Positions 52,501 through 64,000 of a DNA stretch of 64,000 nt are shown piece after piece. The first letter of the stretch is position 1. Every line of letters begins with the position of its first letter. A program made the translations under genes and the position numbers. The stretch lies in the NCBI GenBank assembly GCA_028534125.1, contig CM052816.1:22818001-22882000 (forward strand). The letters run 5' to 3'. The DNA is from Lama glama. Lineage: Eukaryota. The notes below the pieces were generated by a model. It did not search any database and had not been told where the DNA came from. It saw only the letters and a program-made list of their open reading frames with translations.

Positions 52501-53109
52501 CTGATTGAAATATACATGTGTTAGCTTCTATAAAGTTTTAGTAATTTTTTTTACCATATTCTCAGAAATTTGCTCTAAGTATTGAGGAAGAAAACTTAGT
52601 CATGAAAGTTATGCATAGGCCATTCAAACTTACAAATACATTGCTTTTTATTTTTGAAACATCTGGCCTAGTAAAAAAAAAATATACATTTAGAGTACAG
52701 AATGCTCTTCTGCTTAATTTTTTCCCATTTCCTCTCCAGACAGATCGATTTACTGCACAATTGGCATCACAGCCCTAGTACTGCCCCGAGAGAAAGAATG
52801 AACACTAAAATTACTCACTTATTTAGTTTACTATGACAGACACTCTGCCACATAGAAATGCTGAGTGTTCAATCCTAAAACTCTTAGAATCTGAGTTATT
52901 AGTAAACTCATTAGGAGTGTGACAAAAACGTAAGAAATTAACAATGACAAAGAGAAGTCATACAATTAAAATCTAGTTTTCCCTTGCTTTTGTAAAACAT
53001 CTTAACTGTCAAGGATCATGGATGTGTCTTTGCTCTCCTTTCTCATTTGAAGATGGTAGTGAATACACTGAACTTTCTGTCCAATATTCTCTAATAATAC
53101 AAGATACTC

Positions 53110-53785
53110 ACATTCAAAATGCTTTATAGGTTGGAAATGGTGACTTGCTTCCCAAAAAAACAGAGTATGAAAAGGGAAAATAGTAACTTCACAGGAGAGA
53201 AAGGTAGCAGACACTACCTCGATCAAGTGGCCAAGTGTAACACCACCAGTGATATCATGTATGACCTGAGAAGAACATTTCATCTTAGTGGTATTCTTCC
53301 CCAGAACTCATAAGCCCAGCTTAAATTATGAGGAAGACATGAGACAATTCTAAACTGAGGCACACTCTACAAACTCAACTCCTCAAACTGTCAAGCTCAT
53401 AAAAACAAGGAAGCTTGCTTGACTCTTTAAAACTGTTTAGGTCATGAAAAACAAGGACAATCTGAGAAACTGTCACTAATCAGAAGAGACTCAGGAGACA
53501 TGACAACTAAGTACAGTGTGGTACCCTGGACGGGGTCCTGGAACAGAGAAGGGATGTTGGCGGGAAAAAATGCTGCAATCCAAATAATGTCTTTAGTTAA
53601 GAGTAATGTATTGATATGAATTTCTTAATCTGGACAAAAGTGCCATGGTTATATCAGATGGAAACGAGGAGAAACTAGTTGAAGGGTATGCAGGACCTCT
53701 CTGTACACTCTTTACAACTCTTCTGTAAGTTTAAAATTATTCTAAAATAAATATCAAAGAGTTTATTTTAAAATATTTTAAATAA
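53110..53785 (+). mobile_element. Old L1 (L1MC-like) 3'UTR
   Basis: gtgacttgcttcc..agagtatgaaaaggg..ggagacatgacaactaa..aattattctaaaataaa. Confidence 0.7.
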
Positions 53786-56700
53786 AGATGGTCCTGCACA
53801 TGAGTTACTACTCAAGTCTCCATTTTTCAATTCTGCCATTTTACACTTTTTTAAAAAATCCTTTCTCCATTTTGTTTTACTTTTGGGAAAAATAAATGCA
53901 TAGATGTTTGAAAAAGCCTGAAGAACTTTTGGCTCTCAATTTGTATACAGATAGCAAGACAAAAAAACAAAAAGTTACATAAAATGTCTGCTGTCCAATT
54001 CTTCACACACTTGGAGCAGTAACTAATATGCTAATAATATTCTAGGAGAATTTTAAGAGTATTTGATAATATACATTATATAATGGCTGTAAAAACTGTT
54101 CCGTGTTCTTGAAAGCCTTTTAGACACACGGCACAAAGCCTCTTTGGACACCTTGTCATTATTTTTCTTTACTAAATTTATTTCAAATGTCACAGTCAGT
54201 GATGTTGCTGAAGCAGATTATTGACAGTTCCCATTCACAGAGGGCTTGCTCTTGTCAGTGCACTGACAGACTATTTTCTTCACAGAATGAATTTCAATGT
54301 TATTTCAAATATAACATTTTTTAGGTCATATTCCAACTGTTTCTTCTTTGTATTAAAGGTTAAGATAAATGGCTAAATCTTCCTGCATTGAACTGAAATG
54401 AATGAGCAGAGTTGGTACTTTTGGTGTTTATTAATTTCAAATGTAATTATTGTGTTTTGCTTTTAAAAACCTTTTGCTGCATTTTCCAAGGTCTCTGTCT
54501 GGCTTTTGTGAATAGCAAGATCACAGGAAGTGGGCAGAAGGAATAAACAAGTTTGATGGGCACAGATAACATATTAGGGACTTCTCTCAAAACAGCCTGT
54601 CATCAAAGGATATCTGAAATTAAGTCTGTATTTCAACAGAAATTCCAGCGCACCAAGTTACAACCAAACATAAATATATATTTGTGTGTGTATAGATATA
54701 TAATGTGTGTGTATACATATATTCTCAACATCAATAAAATTCACTTTGGATGCTCTGTGCTCTTCTTGCCCTTGGTCCTCCCAGCTAGAGGTAATCTCTC
54801 CACTAGAGTATTATAACACTTTACGTGCACCTTGATGACTGTAGTGTCACTTTCTATATTTTCATCAATGTGTGCACATTAAGTAGAATTATGTCTACTT
54901 AGTTTTGTATTCCCCAGGGCCTAGTACAGTGATTTTCATAGAAGTCACATAGAAAATAATCAACAAATCTTCACTAAATGAGGGAATCAATGTTATTGGA
55001 CGGTTTTCCTTTATATTCCTTGAATTAGCTCCCCTAGGGGCAATTTTCCCCACTGAGATTAAAACAGAACAGAACAGAACAGAACAAAACAAAATACAAA
55101 ATTGAGAATTGTAAACAATGATGTCAGTCTTGGGTAATCCACTAACTTTCAATGGACATCAAGTAACTTACAAAATACAACCTTAAAGTAATGAAAATAA
55201 AGCCAAAAGCCATGACACATGCCTCTCTCCTTATCTTCTTTATGTATGTTTATCCATCTATGGACTTGAGATAGTAATACCAATGCTATTCCAAACCATG
55301 TCCTTTATCATTTCATTCATTCCTTTATGAAGCACTTACCGTTGCTTACATTGTAATCACTTCAAAATGAGGTATGCAAATGATAATATAAGAATTAGTA
55401 TCACTGATAGTTATTACTAAAAATCAACTGTGGTCACATAAAACTACAATTCATTTTTCTCTTCGTTAAGCTTTGAAAGTTTTGGACAATGTAAAACAAT
55501 TCCACTGCAGAAAAACAAAACCGGCTTTCTTAATAGATGTATCTTCACAAAATTCAGATCTGTCCTATAGCATTTAAACAGATTAATATTAACAATAAAA
55601 TACAATTAAAGAATTATAGGAAGAAATATGTTCTTTTGTATCCCTATTCCCATGCTTTGACTTTCACATTACACATACAGGACTTCTCATGAAGCATATA
55701 CCCAGATGACTCATGTGATACACAACTTAAAGAAAAATATTCAAATGATAATAATCACCATCACCATCAGTATTATTTAGGATTACTGGAACAAAGGGTT
55801 CATTTTGAAATATGAAAACATGGATATATCAATTGTTAAAATAAAATACACATTTCTCCCAACTGAAGCCAAAGCCAAAAATATCTGCAGACTTTGAAAG
55901 GATTTAAATAACATATTCGATAAAGTGGAACTGTTTCGCTTTCCTTTGAGTTTGGTGTGAAAAAAACAGAGAAGTTCAATGTGAACATCAGCCATACACA
56001 CCCTCTGACTGAATGATTTCATGTATATTGACATACGTATATTTTCCTGAGCACAGAGTCAATCAGTCATTTTCTTCAGATGCTCAAAGACTTCCATTAC
56101 CAAAGGAGAGAAAATACACAGTTATAAAAATTTTTCTATAAAAGTTACTTTAAAATCACTTCCTAAAACTTCAGTTGATAATAATGTGTCCATGTTGGTT
56201 CATCGATTATACCAAACATGCCATACTGATGATGGATATTGATGGACACTGAGGGTAGGGGAATACATATGTGAGCGTGGGAAGGGCTATGTGCGAATAC
56301 TCTGTATTTTCTGCTCAATTCTGCTGTGAACTTGAAACTGCTCTAAAAAATAAGGAGTATTAATAACAAAAAATAGATCAATGAAAGAAATACTAACGCT
56401 AAAAGTAAATGATACACATCCTAGAAAAAAAATCACTTCCCAAAGCTAAATAATGGTTTATAAATAACTGATCTGATCCACATATATTTTTACATATCAA
56501 TTTTTTACATTTCTAACATTTATCTACAAGATATTCTTATATAATATATAGTACATATTGTGAGCAATTTCAATTTAAACCTCACCATTTCCTCAAAGAT
56601 ATTCACTAATAATATTTATAAGTACATGGTATATTAAATATTACTTTGTCCTGCAAAAATTTTCATTCAGAAGTCCTTTGAATATTTAACTCAAAACCTA

Positions 56701-57229
56701 AGTCCATATTCTGTTACAGAATTTACAACATAAAGTAAAATTTTGTAGCAGATAGCCAGATACTTGAAACTAAACTCATTTAATAAGATATTCACATTAT
56801 CTTCATTTTTAAGGCAAAAGTAATTTTTAAAACATTTGGTTTTATTTAGATAAATGTCACGGTTTTGAATTAGCATGCATAAATGAAATCAAAGACTTTA
56901 AAAACTATAAAAATTTATTTTAATAGTAAACATACACTGTTTGAAGCCATTACAACAGACAAATGGTAATATTTTTACCTTAGGTCACTATTTAACATTT
57001 ACTGTGATAGCTTAGTGTTTATAAATTTTTTCAACTTATTTTGGGCCAAGGGTAGAGAATCCCATGTAAGAACATTTTCTAGTTTTTTCTCCTCTTTTAT
57101 TTTAATTATGAATTTACAAATGTTGTGATCTGTGGCTCCTGATCTGTAACAGAACGAAACTTACACACTATTCTTTTCCCTAAGGACTCATTAAAGGTGA
57201 TAGTTAAGGAATGAACAATATAAAAGACA

Positions 57230-60030
57230 TCGTAATAAAGCAGTAGGAGGGAGATCCATCAGAAAACATAAAGTGTCAATAAACACAACAGATGGGTGAT
57301 GACTGAGCACAGGAAACAATAATCTAGAATCTGTCAGGGGAGGGTAGCAGGTGAGGAGGGAATTCAGCCATCCGGAAAAATTCACAGCGATATATGCTAT
57401 AGAATCAAGAGACAGCAGGTATTACAGAGGCTCACAGTGAGTCATGGGCTGAAAATGTAAGTGTTTACAAGTCTTCATATGAAAATAATGCACAATTCCT
57501 TCTCTACACTATGCAGAAGGTGCAACAGTCATTCATTTAGAAGCCAAGCCAGAGAAAAAAAATTATTTTTCTTTAAAGAGATGTTAATTCACTCTCTGGA
57601 GAAACCTAGGGCAGCAAGAATAGGTGTCGGAGCTCAAGAGCAAAATCCTCCACAGCCTGGTGCTGAGGAGTTAAGCAAAATGGCCAGTGCTGCCTACCTA
57701 CACTGAGCTCCTCACTAGAGCTCCTAGGGATACATTTTTGTACGTAAAAGGACAATAAAGAATAAAAGAAAGTTAGTCCCATAAGTGAGAAAAGCCAAAG
57801 ACAAATAAACAGAAAAAAAGAGTCCCCAAAGAAAACACAGATAATACAGGGAAAAGAGAATGAAAAGAAAAAAAAAGTCACAAAAAATAAATCTGAAGAT
57901 TAAAAATAGGATTGTCAAAGTAAAGAAGTAGATAGAAAGTTTAGAATATAATGCTGAAAAAGTATACAGATACTGAAATCAAACAAAAAGATAACAATAA
58001 AAGGTAGAATGGAAGTGAAAAACAAAGAGACTTAATGAATCATGCCAAGAAGACTCATATCTGAATAACAGAAATTATTAGTAAGATCCCAGAAATAGAA
58101 GAGATTATGAAAAAAATAATACAGGATTGGGACATCAGAGTTGTTGCAAATTACATTAGAATAAAATGTTCTAATTGTTTGTTGCTTATATATCAATGTT
58201 TGAGTACTGATCTTGTATCCTGCCCATACTGTGTTTACTGGAGGGCCTAGCCAATGCAAGGAGGCATGGAAAAAAAAAGATAAAAGGCAGAAAATAAAAC
58301 TGCCTCTATTGATAGACAATTGTCTATGTACATAATCCCAATAAATCTACAAAAAGCTCTTAGAATTAATCAGCAGTTTTAACAAAGTAGCAAAATACAA
58401 AATCAATATACAAAACTGTATTTTTCATGTGCTTGCAATGAACTAGAAATAAAAAATTGAAAAAATATATTTTTATAATACCACAGAAAAACATGAAATA
58501 CTTAGCTATTAATTAAATCTTTTATAAAATATGTATGCTGTTCACTGCAAAATACTGATGAAAGGAAGCAAAGGTGACTTATATATGTGACATACTGTGT
58601 TCATATATAGAAGACTCAATACTTCAATTTCTCCCCCCAAATGATCTATAGATTCAATGCTATTCCAAAAAAAATTCCGCCAAAAAATGTTTTTGCAGAA
58701 ACTGGGAAGTGGCTACTAAAATTTATATGAAAAAAACAAATTATCTAGAACAGCCAAAAACAATTTTGAAGAAGAACAAGTGTAGACAAATGACACTGAC
58801 AGGTATCAATGCTTCAGCTAAAGCGATAGTAATCAAGACAGTGTGATACTGGCAAGAATATGAACACACAGATAAATATAAAAGAATAAAGGGTACAAAA
58901 TAAATCCCAGATATGTACTCAACTGATTTTTGACAAAGGTCAATCTTTGATCAAAGCAATTCAAAGTATGAAAATAGATTTTAGTAGATAGTACTGGACA
59001 TTGAACATTCATATGCAAAAACAACAAGCGTCTATCCATGGATCACAGACCTAAATTTAAAACTGAACCCTATAATGTCTAGGGGAAATGAAGGAAAAAA
59101 ACTATTTCATAGTTATCACATCAAAAGACAATGCATGAATGAAAAAACATGATAAACTTATAAAATGGACTTCATTGGAACCTGAAAACTTCTCTTTGAA
59201 AGACACTGTTCAAATAATGAATATATAAATCAGAGAATCTGAGAACATATTTGCAAAGCTTGTATTTGAAAACAAAGTACATACGAATCCAGAATATATA
59301 ATTACCAAAACTTCTTAATAAGAAAATTAGTAACTGGATGAGATGCGAATGGGCAAAAAGATATGAATGGAAAATAAGCACTAGAAAAGATACTGCTCAG
59401 AGTTAAATGTTAAGAAACTATAAATTAAAATCAGTGAGATACCACTACCCACAGTTTAGAAGGCCTATAACAGAATTAGTAAAATACCAACACCAAGGGC
59501 TAATGAGGCTTCTATGCAACTACAATTTCCCAGCCGAGCAACCAGAATACTCAAACATTGCTGATGGGAAAGCAAAATGGGACACAGCTTGGCATTTCTT
59601 GAAAAATTTAATATCCACTTACACAATCCATCAATCATACTACTTGGAATTTATTCAAGTGAAATGAAATTTATGTTCACAGAAAAATCTATGTGTGGAT
59701 GCTTACAACAGCTTTAAGCATAATCACCAAAAAATTGTAAATAATTCAAATTTCCTTTAGCTGGTAAATTAATAAACTAACCAAGGTACTGTCCATACAA
59801 TGAAATGCTATAAGAAGATACAAACTTCTGATACAGGGAACAAAATGGATGAATTCCGAATGCATTAGGCTAAAAAAGAAGCCAGAATCAAAGGGCTAAA
59901 TCTTGTATAATTCCAACTGCACACCATTCTGGAATAGGTGAAACTATAGCAAGAAAAAATGGATCAATAGTTACCAGGGCATAGTGGATCAAAGGAGGGT
60001 TTGGTTCTAAAAGGGCACCAACATTTTAAT
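57230..60030 (+). mobile_element. Old L1 ORF1-like plus ORF2/3'UTR fragments
   Basis: A-rich degenerate ORF2 motifs (ctatagattcaatgctattcc, gtaatcaagacagtgtgatactggc). Confidence 0.75.
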
Positions 60031-60756
60031 CCGGAGGCCATAGAATAGGCATGGGCGATATAGTAAAGATGCAGAAGCATTTTAGGCAATAAGTAGCATT
60101 CGTTCAGCATTTGTCATTTGGTCATATAACAGAATTACTAAATCAAAATTATGGAAACCACGTAACCAGTATGCTTTAGGCTGATGACTTCATATCTAAA
60201 ATAACGTTTCAAGTCCCATGCTGTATTTCAAAAGGGCTATTTTAAAAAAGACAGAGAAGCAGTTGTCCAGAAGTAAGCATTTGATACCCATGACATATCT
60301 GGAATACTTGAAATAAGCAAGGAAGATTTAACTAGAAATAATTGTTTTCTGAAAAGGATCGAAGAAAATAACAACTGCCATGTAAAAGCACTGGTCTATA
60401 CCCGTTGCTTCTCCATATAGGAGAACTTGGCATTGAAATCACACTGATGTATACATCTGGGTCCTAGATAATGACAGCAACAACTGAAAGGTCAGAAGAT
60501 GTGGTAGCATAATTAGACCTGTACACCTTTGGGCAAGAATTGGGTAACATGTCAGAACACTTTGAAAGAGATTCTTTTTACAGATGAGCAATTTATATCA
60601 CTCTAGGGGTTGCCCTAGTGACCATGACCACTCATGCACCCAACATTAACCTACTGAATATCAATATTAAGATAAGTGTGGTAAAATGTTAGGGAAATAA
60701 ACATGTTATTCAATCTCCCCAACAGAAAATGTCTTAATCTAACAGAGGAGAGAAAC

Positions 60757-61550
60757 TGTGATACTGTGATTTATAATAAGAAATGTATATTTAGTCTTCA
60801 ACAGTTCCTGGCTCAGAGCTCCAGTATCCTTGGAATTTCCTAAGGGATGAGAGCCATAAAAGTGTCTTTTTGTTATTTGAATGAGGCAACCTTTGGACCT
60901 TACCTATGGATAGGACTGGCTGCCAGAGGAGCCAACCATATGATTAGAGGGTTGGAACTTTCAATCCCACAGAGGGGGTAGGGGCTGGAGGCTGAATCTA
61001 CTGTCAATGGCTAATGATTTAATTAATCATGCCTATGTAATGAAGCATCCAAAAAACCCAAAAGGATTGGGTTCAGAAGCTTCTGGGTTGGTGACCACGT
61101 AAAATGTGGGCAGAGTGGCAAGCTCAGAGGGGGCATGGAAGCCCTGCACCCTTTCCACATACCTTGCCTTATGCGTGTCTTCTATCCAATGTTCCTGATT
61201 TATATTCTTTTATAATAAATTAGTAATCTGTAAGTAAAATATTTCTCTGAATTCTGTGAGCTTCTCCAGCTAACCAATCAAACCAAAGGAGGGGGTCTTT
61301 GGAAACTCCAATCTATAGCCAGTTGGTCAGAAGCACAGGTGATACCTGGACTACAGCTGGCATCTGAGGTGGGAAGGGGTGCAATCGTGCAGGGCTGAGC
61401 CCTCGACTTCTGAAATCTGATGCTATCTCCAAGTAGATAGAGTTAGAACTGAGATGAATTATAAGACACACAGCTGGTATCTGGAGGATTGCTTGGTGGT
61501 ATGTGAGGAAACAAACACCCCAGCCCCTGAAGTGGAATCAGGTCCAGAAC
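60757..61550 (+). mobile_element. MER21-like LTR
   Basis: Starts tgtgatactgtgatttataataagaaatgtatattt; homologous to 49113-50370. Confidence 0.8.
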
Positions 61551-61598
61551 CTAATTTAGATGCATATAAACAAATGATTATTAGTACTGTAATAGTAA

Positions 61599-62136
61599 TG
61601 TTGGGGCCCAAGCAGGTTGTCCCCAAATATGCCTCAAAGGCATATTTATTATTTTGAATTAAAGTTACCTTAAGAAACAGATGATTCAAGACAGACACTC
61701 TGGCCTTCCTTTCTGAAAGCAGGAAATAAACCCGCCATGTGAAAGGTGTCCTCCCTGTACCAGGAAGTAGAAAGATGCCCTTATCATCAGAGATGGCAAT
61801 TCAAGGCCAAGTAGTCTGTGTAAACAAACTTGGTTACTTCCTTAACTAATTTACTACTCAAGCCCAAACTTTGCTTTTATTCCTTACTAATCCAGTACCC
61901 AAATCTAAGTTTCTCTACCCTGTCAATTCCTTTCAATGTATTGTTTCTTTGTCTAAAAAGTATGAAAGATGCTTGGTTTGGTCACTTCTTAAATTTCATT
62001 TCTATGACACTGCCATACACACATGAATTAAAATTTGTTTCTTTTTCACCTGTTAATCTGTTCTGTGTCAATTTTATTATTAATTCATCCATAAGAACTC
62101 AAGAAGTGTAGAGGAAGAAATATCCCCTCTTGGACA
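61599..62136 (+). mobile_element. MER34-like ERV1 solo LTR
   Basis: TG...CA ends; perfect 4-bp TSD gtaa (61595-98 / 62137-40); ccccaaatatgcctc motif. Confidence 0.8.
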
Positions 62137-64000
62137 GTAACCACATAAAAATGTATGTGCATATTTATTGAGAATACTGAATTAGATGAAACTGACTAAC
62201 ACTGCCACTCCTCTTGCCCCAGGGTAAGACATTGTTTCCAAACAAAAAGGAAATGTGAGCTAAAAGGGTGAAGTGACTGGTTTTTTAAGCAGAGAACAAC
62301 TTGTGCTTTTAGATACCCATGCCAAAGAGATGGCCATGTTCATAAACCACAAGTAGTGTACTATAGCTAGAATAACAGTCTGCAAACCTGATATGGGTAT
62401 TGCTGGCAGAGTATTTAGACTTTGAAAGCATATGAACACATGGTAAATATTAAGGGATTTAAGATCCTCAATTCTCTAAAGTTGTTTTCAGAAAACAGAT
62501 GTGCCTGAGAAAGGCCCCATGGTGAATGGAGAACTGGGGCATAATGGCCTATGTTGGGATGCTCTAACTTTCAATATATCGTATAGTGGAGCAGAGGGAA
62601 TACTGACAATTTTCGTAAAAAAAAAAAAGATCTTGCTGCTTCTCTTATTAGGCTTTCTAAAAAATATATCACTACTGAGGGAGAGAATTAGTAAGAAATA
62701 TGGAAACCAGCAGGACTTTAATTTGTCCTATGACAAACCCAGGGCAAGGTTCTGTGCCTTGCCCATGTATCTTAGAATGCGATTTTCCCAGACCTGTATA
62801 AAGCAGGGAGTTAATACTCAATCTCAATACTGAATTCTCAGTAAGAAAATGCTTGGAGAGAACTCTCATGCATCAGTGTCTTATATGTTCTGCATAATGG
62901 TTATCATAAAGAGGTTAAATATTCTACTTTTACTTCCAGCAGATATGTGTTGCATTTTCAAATGTAAAAAACCTTACAAAAGAGGCTAGTTGAGGTCCCC
63001 TAACTCACAAGTTCAAATAATTGAGTGACTCTGGATTAATAAAATTTCTTCCATTCCCTCAATTTATCCATGAGAATGAAACTTCTCAGCTAATACATCT
63101 ATACAAAGAAAAGCAAATGCCATTCATACATTTAAGGGACGTGTTTCCAATAAACTATTAATTTTTAAGTTGGATATTTACTATCCAAATGTCCAATACA
63201 TACTGTTTTGATTAAATATTTACGAATAATAGCTGTATTCCTAGCTCAATTCAGAATAAGTATTTTAACTCTTTAAATGTTTAGTCACAGGAAACTCAAA
63301 AATCAATTTCAATGTTTAAATGTATTTTTGTTGGAGAGGCACAAAAATGGATGAAGTCACCTGGCCATGAGGGGACGGAGAGAAAAGAGTGACAAGAGAA
63401 ACATTACTGAGAGAAGGCCAAGAAGGAACAGAGCCATAAAACTTAATGGTGACAAAAGCTAGAGAGGTAGCAGGCAAATTACAAGACAGAGCTCGGGATT
63501 TAGCTATTTTAAGAAGAAGGAGAAAATACTTATAATCAAATACTACTGTGAGCAAAGTAAGATAAGAACTGAGCTTTATCTATTGGATTTAGTAGCAAGG
63601 AGGTCACAGGTCATTTTTTAAGGAAAAAATGATACTTTAGTATTAGTGCCCCAAAACATGAAGGATCTTATCCAATATAACCATTAACAGGGATTTATTT
63701 TTATATGAGACTTACATCATAATCTCTGTGCATCCCCTGCAGTTCCTATAATAGAAAACATTGTTTTAGCCTAAAGGAATCTAGCAACAAATTGTCTTAT
63801 TTTTCTGAATATTTTTGTAGTATTAAGCCATGGTTGGAAGTCTTAATTCCCTAGTCTTTCATAACAATGGTTTATATTTAGCTTATACATTGTCCTTGAC
63901 TAATTTTAATAACAACTTATATTAAAGAAAAACAATGGTGTATGCTTAGACATTAAGGAAATAGTGGAATTCACTGTTTTTAAGACTCTCTGGTAAAAGA

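Larger units (their letters stand above)
48249..57220 (+). pseudogene. Fossil collagen coding blocks (48249-48908, ~49000-49112 + 50375-51394, 52740-53110, ~53900-56170, ~56600-57220)
   Basis: 48361 ELGAHGDQ(G)EF S GP; 52740 (G)TIGIT(G)LV; 54532 GQK(G)xT(G)LMGTD(G)ILGTS; donors gtaagt 51395 and gtaaga 57066. Confidence 0.82.
2876..64000 (+). pseudogene. Giant, highly decayed collagen-like (Gly-X-Y) unitary pseudogene; extends past the right edge and probably the left
   Basis: Gly-X-Y register on the + strand in nearly every non-repeat block. Examples: 10272 GGC TCT GCT GGC TTG ATT GCT GAC AGA AGG GAA ACA GGA GAC ATT; 26606 GGA CAC CGG GAA AAT ACT GTT CCT GCC AGA AGC ACA AGT CTG TCA; 28929 GGC CCT AGG GAA GAA CTG GAA GCT CAA TAC ACA TGA GGT GTT ATT; 62513 GPMVNGELGHNGL. 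Many stops, frameshifts and TE insertions. Confidence 0.88.
60030..64000 (+). pseudogene. Fossil collagen coding tract split by MER21-like and MER34-like LTRs; runs off the window end
   Basis: 60420 GELGIE..GPR..GQK; 62395 GIAGRV; 62513 GPMVNGELGHNGL..GAEGIL; last bases GGT AAA AGA. Confidence 0.82.

Noticed and set aside
2876..64000. Assigning the fossil to COL24A1, COL27A1, COL4 or another named collagen
   Set aside because: Only short generic motif matches (e.g. GHRGNTGP); length and exon structure do not fit, so no gene symbol is given.

Overview
AT-rich mammalian genomic DNA, probably cetartiodactyl. The young L1 3' ends look camelid-like, but this is an inference. There is a 500-N gap at 13395-13894, and no intact protein-coding gene is recognisable. 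About half the window is interspersed repeats (L1, L2, MIR, MLT/MER21, ERV1-type solo LTRs, hAT-Blackjack fossils, a U2 5' retro-fragment). Nearly all remaining unique DNA, from about 2.9 kb to the window end, reads on the + strand as decayed Gly-X-Y collagen coding sequence. It shows a 9-nt periodicity of GGN or one-step-from-GGN codons, collagen-typical X-Y pairs, and fossil splice sites, many splitting a Gly codon. A rough hand tally gives about 20 kb (about 7,000 codons) of helix-type coding with no terminal domain in the window, which suggests the remnant of a giant collagen-like gene. Repeats, including MIR/L2/hAT-age ones, sit inside the coding tract, which points to ancient inactivation. 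A CpG-island promoter-like region (about 41270-41880) lies in the 5' end of a hAT transposon inserted into that fossil coding sequence. All readings are by eye, and coordinates of old repeats are approximate. In peptide readings, (G) marks a Gly slot now occupied by another codon.
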